Shown piece after piece: positions 57,668 through 64,000 of a stretch of DNA of 64,000 nt. The notes beneath the pieces are model-generated. The model was not told the DNA's origin, did no database searches, and saw nothing but the letters and a program-made list of their open reading frames with translations. How positions within the stretch are numbered: the stretch's first letter is position 1; every line of letters begins with the position of its first letter. The stretch covers positions 5,685 to 69,684 of the forward strand of contig QPMI01000712.1 of NCBI GenBank assembly GCA_004431415.1, read 5' to 3'. The DNA comes from Cyanophora paradoxa CCMP329 (lineage: Eukaryota > Plantae > Glaucophyta). Position numbers and translations under genes: made by a program.

Positions 57668-60600
57668 CTCAGAATTTGATTCGGTCGCGCCCTGAGGCGA
57701 ACGAAGGCCGGGGTACGGCCATTCCTTCGGCTGCCCTTCGGCATAACTTCGTCCTTGGTTGCCAGCTTGACCAGGCACCCAGCGGCGAAGCGAAATCGCT
57801 CCCGCCCTCCTCCCCGCGTTTTCACAATCGGCTGTTTGTGGATGCGACGGCTCTATCCTTTTCCAACGCGCTACGAGTATCCGTAGAATACTCTGGCAAT
57901 CTTGGTAGGGGTACAGCACTCGTGCGATGTTTTCACGCACAATCGCCACCCCGCGCCTCGGCGGCGGTACCCGGGACCGCTTACCGCCCGGGTAGAATCG
58001 CGTACCCGCGCCGGGTACAGCATTCGCCCCGCCAGGCCCCGTCAGGCGTGGCTCGAGCTGAACGCGTACCCTGCTCAGGGGTACGCCAAAACCTCCGCCT
58101 CGGCCACGAGAATCCGGTACCCGCCGCACGGGTACGGATTACTCAGCCTTACCGCCGCTCCGGTCCGGAGCAGGGGTAAGCTTCACCCGCCTCCGGAAGG
58201 AAGCGCCGAAAGAGCATAAGCGACCCGCCCTGGTCGGTCGCCGACGTGTTATCCCCACGTTAGGTCTCGGGAAAGCAGCATCCAGCTGCCGTACCTTCAG
58301 GGCCACTCCCGATGCGCTATACGTGCATCCCTTTAGAATAGTCGTAGGCAAGTTAGGCTAGCTAGGCTTCTCTGATTCCGAATGAAGCGAGGCGTAAAGT
58401 ACGCGCGCGACTCCTCTGCCTTCGTCGTAGTGATGTAGTTCATGATGTTAGTGAAGCGCGTGCGGCCTTCGTACGGGTCGACAGGCGCGCCGTGGGGGCC
58501 GTGACCAATGTAAATGTGGGGGATCTGACGAAGGAGGCTGTCGTTGTCCGGATCGCCCAGGGAGTGACGCAGGGGGAGGACGTCGACGATCTGTACCGCC
58601 CGGTAGGCTTCGCGGCTAGTGAACGTGATGGGCCGCCTCGTCGCCGCGTCGACGGTGGCGTGATTGTAAACGAATTGTTCCAACCAACCGTGGAGTAGCG
58701 CCCGCGCCTGCGGTTCGCGACTGAAGATGGCGGCGCCGAATTCATTGTAGAATGGATCGAATGTGAAGTTGCCATATTCGGCGTGACGGAATTGCTCGTG
58801 TATGTCGGCGTATCGCTGTTCGAAATCCATAATAGCGTTGCGCACTGCGCTCGCGTTGACGTCATAGACACTGGGACGATGCGGGTGTGACGGATCGTTC
58901 GTGGGATCGAAGTCAGCGCCCCGGACTTGGGCGTTGAGTGCGTTGATGACTCCATCCGGGAGTCGGAATGCTACGGGCCAGCAGTGGTTTCGATCCATGT
59001 CGACATCTTCGCGAGCCGCCGGGGGTGTCTCGTGCTTGATCTGGACCGCCAACCAGTCGTTGGTTGCCTTGTGCAGTAGGGATTCGAAGGCTGTGATTAA
59101 ATGTGCCGGGTCGACGCGTTCGCAGTCAGGGTACTCGACCTCGTACCATTTGTCGAGTTTGGCACTGCGCGCCACTTCGCCTGAAGCCGTGAAGCGGAAG
59201 TGCAGCTCATCCTCGTGGCTACGAACGTAGTCGATGATGATGTTCCCGAGTTCCCCCGGTAGGGGCTCGAGGAAGAACGACAAGGCACCGTGCAGCTTGA
59301 CTGCCGCCGCCAGGTACGCTGCGATTCCGTACACCCAAGTGTGTACCGAAAGCGGGAACCCCAGGACCTGGTGGACGACGGGGGGCGTTGCAGGCGCGGT
59401 GCCCGTGGGCCCGCGACGACGCAGAGACACGACGACGCCCCCAGGGCCAGTGTAGTCATTGACGGACACCGGGAAGTACTTGGGGTCGGGGCCGCACGGG
59501 TGCGGCCCCGCCGCCTCGTTTGGGGGTTTCCTCGTGCCCGCGATGATCTGCTGCCAGGTGTTCCGGTTGTTCGCGTCGAAGATAGTGATGTGCGAGCGGT
59601 TCTGGATCGCGTTGGGGGCACCGCGGCTGGGTCCGGCCGGTGCAACGTGCGTGAATCGGACGATTCGAGGGCCGCACAGGTCAGCATTGGCCGGCGTAAG
59701 AGTCATGGGCGGCGCGTTGAGGTCGTCGGGCATGGCAATCTCGTAGAAGCATCGTTCGACATCTTGACGTGAAGCGGAGTCACGGAGGTGCGCGTGGTTG
59801 TCCTCGTCGTAGATGCAGTCGAAGTAGTCGGCATACTTGTTGGCCGGGTGGAACTCGTCGGCGGCCGTGATCAGGAACGATCGGAAGGGCAGGCCCGCGC
59901 GGTTGTGCTGGCTGAGTTCGCCATGGCCGGGAGCACCGGCGCGGTACGGGTAGGTGCCGGGGCCGACGCCGTAGCGTAGGACACGACTGAGTGCTCGCGA
60001 GAAGTTCGACCAGCGTACGTGCATCTTCATGAGGAATGGGCGCATGTACGGGACGCGCCGGAGAAATGCCTCGAGACCAGAGTCGCCGAGTAGCACGTAT
60101 GGCATGTGGACCTCACCTAGGACGTGCATGTACTTCTTTGTCGTGGTGGCGGGATGAACTGGGGGTGGGTCCCGAGTCGGGATTCCCTCCAGCTCTTCGA
60201 CCGGCGGCGGCTCCGGGAGCTCCTCCGGTCTGTGCCCGTCCTCCACAGTGAGCTCCTCGGTCAGATCAGCCGTCTGTCCGAACGGGGCTGGGCCTCCGAG
60301 GATGTGAGCCGCGACGGCGAAGATGTGGGGCGCGTGTCGCCCATGTTCCTGGATCGTTTTGCAGTACGCTGTGGCCAGGAAGTCCGTGTTCGTGAAGAGA
60401 AGCGGTGTCATGAAGATGTGATAGGAGGTATCCCGTCCCGGATCAGTATCCAGAGGTAGGAAGTCACCTCCAGCTCGCGTCTCCTCGGGGCTGTATGTGC
60501 GCATGCCGTACGGGAGTGGGGGGCGAGGATTGTGGAGACGGATTGGGTACCAGTCGTTGATCGTTTGGGCGAATAATTCCCCGTTGATATGATTGTTGCG

Positions 60601-63600
60601 CCGTCCAAAACCCGCATAGAACGTGTCGCGCTCGTTCTCCGTCGAATCAGGTCGCGGTTCCCGTCGGACCATCACGCCGCTCAGATCCGGCCACACTCCG
60701 TGCTGGTAGCCAGCGCCGTCGACGACCGTGAAGCCCTTCGCCCATTCCTCGTTGAGGAAGGCCCAGAAATAGACGTCAGGAATGTCAGCGTTCTCCGAGA
60801 GTAGCACCTCCTTGAAAGGAACAGTGTGGAGTTCGCTCAAAATTCTGGAGATGATGGAGTCGACCTCCTCGGGAGTGAGCCGGGCGGCCTTGCGCTCCTT
60901 CTTCTGCAACTTCTCGTCATTCGGTCGCTTCTCGCGGGGGCGCTTGCGCTCTGTTCCGTAGACCATAGCGCGGGCGCGAAGCCCCAAGTACGTGTTGGAG
61001 TTCCAGAAAGTGTCCTTGCTCATGTCGTCGACAAGTCCAACGAGGGAATCCCAGTCAGGAACGCGAGGCAAGATGTCGATGCCGTCCGACGTCCACTGTG
61101 TCAGGTATCCGTACTCGTCAACGTCGCGCTCAGGGGGCCGTGGGACCGGGACGGCGAGAGGGTCGGTGACGGGTACCATCGGACTGGGGAGGACAGGGAG
61201 TAGGTGATCGCGGTAGCGCGGGTAAAGCATGCAGTAGAACAGATTCAATCGATGCTCGGCGTCCAGGAGGAAGGCCCGTGTTACCGCCAAGCGCTGGGTG
61301 GTCGTAGCCTTGCTAAGTGCAGTGTCGAGTCGAGCGACGAGGCCGAAAGCAAGCTTGCTCACAGTACGAGTGCTTGACTCCGTCTCGAGCTTGTACGCGC
61401 GACGCATGGCCTCGAGAGTCAGCTGGAGGATATGGGAGCGCCACGCAGTTTTGCACGCCAGGAGCGCCGCCTCTTCAGGGTGCACCATTATGTAACGGTC
61501 AGAGTTGTAATAGAGCTCGACAGCTGGCTCGGGCTGCTTCGGGGTGAAGACGGGGGCGTGCAGTCGCGATTCGAGACGGATCGGTTTGCCCTTCTTGGCG
61601 AGTTGACGCTTGTGCATGAACGTAGTGATTGACATCGCGACAACGGTGGTGTCATGTAGCTCGGCGAGCCTTGCCAGCGCAGTCGTCTCCGTGACAGACG
61701 TGGCGACGACGTTCGTGAAATTTGAGGGGAGGACGCCGGAGCGGTGACGGGACAGTCCGTGCCGAAGACAGTGGTGTAGGTCGGACTCGCTGACGGGGGC
61801 GTGCGCAGACGATGGACATCGCGTGCCGCGACCACTGCTAACTGGCTGTTCAGCCGGATCTCCTCCGCGAGCTCGGCGGTCGCCCGCTGGTTCGTAGCCG
61901 GGTTCGCGTCGGATTTCGGGTTGAAACGGGACGTGTAGTAACGGCGCAGGAAGTTGCCGGGGCCCTCGACGTCGGCTGTGATGTTGACGAGGCGGAGTAC
62001 GTTCTCGACTTGCTCGGTGAGCATTGACAGCAACGGCGCGTGACTCGTCGGCCATGGACGGTCGGAGCTCGGTGCTGGGTCACGAACGTCGTAGAGGTGA
62101 GCAAATCGGCTATCCCCGTAGCGGTCGCGCGTCTCGTCCCACTTGTAATGGTCGAAGTATGCAGCGATGTCCCACGCCCGCGCCAGGGCCGTCGAACGCA
62201 TCGACAAGGCGATGTCGGGCGGCGGTGAACCGTGTCGAAGCGTAGACAGATAGATGTCGTCAGGTCCTGTGAGCGGGGCCGTGAACTTGACAGTTTGGAC
62301 CAGTTGCCTGATTGTTGCAAGGCGCGTCGCCGTGTTCGTGATCTTGTCGAAGTTCAAGAACCGTTCATCGCTCTCCGTCATCTCCACGTCGTAGTGCAGC
62401 GTCCGGAGATTGCGGGCAAGGTTGACAGCCACCTGAAGGATGCACGGTACGACTGGAGTCTTGGACTGGTGTACAAGAGTGAACTCTGTCGGTGTCAAAC
62501 CAAACAGCTCCAGCATCTCTGGCCGTCCGAGGACATCGGCGAGCGGGTCGTTCGGGTGAGGCCACGTGGTCGCCGTCTCCCAGGCGCGAAGGGCTGAGCC
62601 CGCGCGAGGCGCATGATGACGTGGATGACGGAGCGGAATTCGGTCAGATGTTGAAGGAGGTAGTGAGCCTGGTCACTCGGGCGAGTACCCAGCAACGGTT
62701 GCCCAGTAGGCGTGTTGCTGCGGGCAGCTGCGAGGTGCATGCAGCTCGTGAGCTCGCTGGCGGCGAAGAGGGTCGGCGTCTCAGGGGTCTTGCGCCAATC
62801 CGTCGTCGTCGTTGTGACCATGAAGCGTCGCGGCGTGTCCAGGTACGCACGCAGCTGGTTGTGCACCACGGGCTTGAGGCGAAGGATCGTCCAGGCGTGG
62901 CGGTGTCCAAGGTCGGCGGCCACGTCCTTGATCTCGGGCTCCGAGTCGCTGGACGTGTCTTCGTCGGTGTCAGGAGGACTGTCACGGTCGTCGTGAGGGC
63001 TCGGCAAGGTCGGCGTGTCGACGATGATCCCCTCGAAACGCGCGGGTCGCCCATGGGCACGTCCTCGGTCCTCTCAGTGCCCGACGAGTCGGCAGTCGTC
63101 GAGTCAGGCATCGACGCGTCGGTCGGTGCAGTGTAGTCGGGGTGAAGTGACGGGATCGGCAGCATCGGGGTTGGGCCGGGCTCTGCGGCGGGGCCGCCGT
63201 CACAGTCGTGGCCGGGGCTGGCGGGGCGTCGGACGGGGCCAGTAGCTCAGGCGCAGGCGACGGGCCGTCGAGACCGCAGCCACGGCCGTGGGGGACGGGA
63301 CGCTGTGCGGGGTCGTCAGCGGGTCGCCATCGCCGGTGCGATGGGCGAAGCATCTCGAGCGGCCGTCGACGAGACCGGCGTCTCGAGAGCGGGCGTCGGG
63401 GCCACCGGAGTCGTCGTCACGGGTGCAACGGGCTGGGCGTCCGGAGTCGTCGTCGCGGGTGCAACGGGCTGGGCGTCCGGAGTGTCCGTCGACGAGGCCG
63501 TCACCTCGGGCGCAGGGGGTAGGTCGTTCCGCGGGGCCGGGGGCTCCGGGACGTCGGTCGGCGGTGTCACCGGTGCCGTTGGGCACGTCATGTCGTCATC

Positions 63601-63832
63601 GTGGTAGTGAGGGTTGCCCGGGGTCTGGGGCCGGCTGGTATGAATCGGAGCGCGCGGCCGCGGCCCCTGACCGTTCCCCCGTGCCTCGCCGATTGGCGCG
63701 GTGGAGCCTGTGCTGCCGCAGTACGGCGACGGGCGTCCATGGTGCGGCCACGAGCAATACCACCGATTGCAGCCTGCAAGTAGGGGGCTTGCGCCGCGGC
63801 CTGCACCGGGTCCTCTCCCTTGGCAGCTTCGG
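57668..63832. repeat. Tandem duplicate of 51525-57667 (~6.14 kb: partial A2, spacer, B2 and gypsy ORF)
   Basis: Junction CTTGGCAGCTTCGG|CTCAGAATTTG at 57667/57668; the two units are co-linear. Confidence 0.9.
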
Positions 63833-64000
63833 CGTCGAGAGCGAGCCTGCAGTTCACGTGCGAGCTGTTCGTCGGCCAGCAGCTGCGCGTGCTTGTCGGC
63901 GGAGTGGTCGGGGACGGCGTTCCAGGCGTGCGGCGACGAAGGATGTCTGTCAACACGTTGTGGACTTCGAGGTACCTCGCCGAAAACTGCGTCGGGTCCC
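58399..64000 (-). CDS. Gypsy pre-protease giant ORF, upstream part (cleaner copy, includes the 1240-aa ORF); function unknown; open at the window edge
   Basis: Overlapping ORFs chain through 63956, 63165, 62516, 62055 and 58399. A Pro/Thr/Ala-rich region is followed by >1,500 aa of globular-looking sequence. The ORF track's stop at 58333 is read-through into repeat B. Confidence 0.7.

Larger units (their letters stand above)
17423..64000 (-). mobile_element. Giant Ty3/gypsy-like LTR retrotransposon, interrupted at 25145/52258; 5' end beyond the window
   Basis: Domain order PR-RT-RH-IN on the minus strand. The upstream ORF halves rejoin in frame (AEESRAY|IWDPRL) when 25146-52257 is removed. 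Confidence 0.8.

Noticed and set aside
58333-58398. FTPRFIRNQRSLASLTCLRLF as the true C-terminus of the 1240-aa ORF
   Set aside because: It is read-through into repeat B; the native frame continues at 25145.

Overview
Eukaryotic DNA from a very GC-rich, intron-rich organism, probably a protist or alga. Frequent single-base deletions in homopolymers suggest an imperfectly polished long-read assembly. 1-16 kb is host sequence: the 3' part of a long coiled-coil gene and a ~30-exon secreted KP-43-type subtilase with a GPI-like tail, both with several GC-AG introns. A hAT-type and a Tc1/mariner-pogo-type MITE lie between these genes. 17.4-64 kb is a three-level nest of mobile elements. (1) A giant minus-strand Ty3/gypsy-like retroelement; excising the insert restores one reading frame, giving a possible polyprotein of >4,000 aa with >2,300 aa of unknown sequence before the protease. 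(2) Inside it, a DIRS-order tyrosine-recombinase (YR) retrotransposon with split direct repeats (A1..B1-A2-B2, PAT/Ngaro-like), whose ORF1 is split by about eight sense-strand spliceosomal introns. (3) Inside the YR gene, a complete ~11.3-kb endogenous Polinton-like virus with a 6-bp TSD, ~240-bp TIRs, pPolB, rve integrase, HNH-AP2, A32 ATPase, and NCLDV-like major and minor capsid genes; no protease gene is visible. Two large internal duplications (25.1-29.6 kb vs 30.5-35.0 kb; 51.5-57.7 kb vs 57.7-63.8 kb) complicate the locus. All calls come from manual motif reading; no searches were run.
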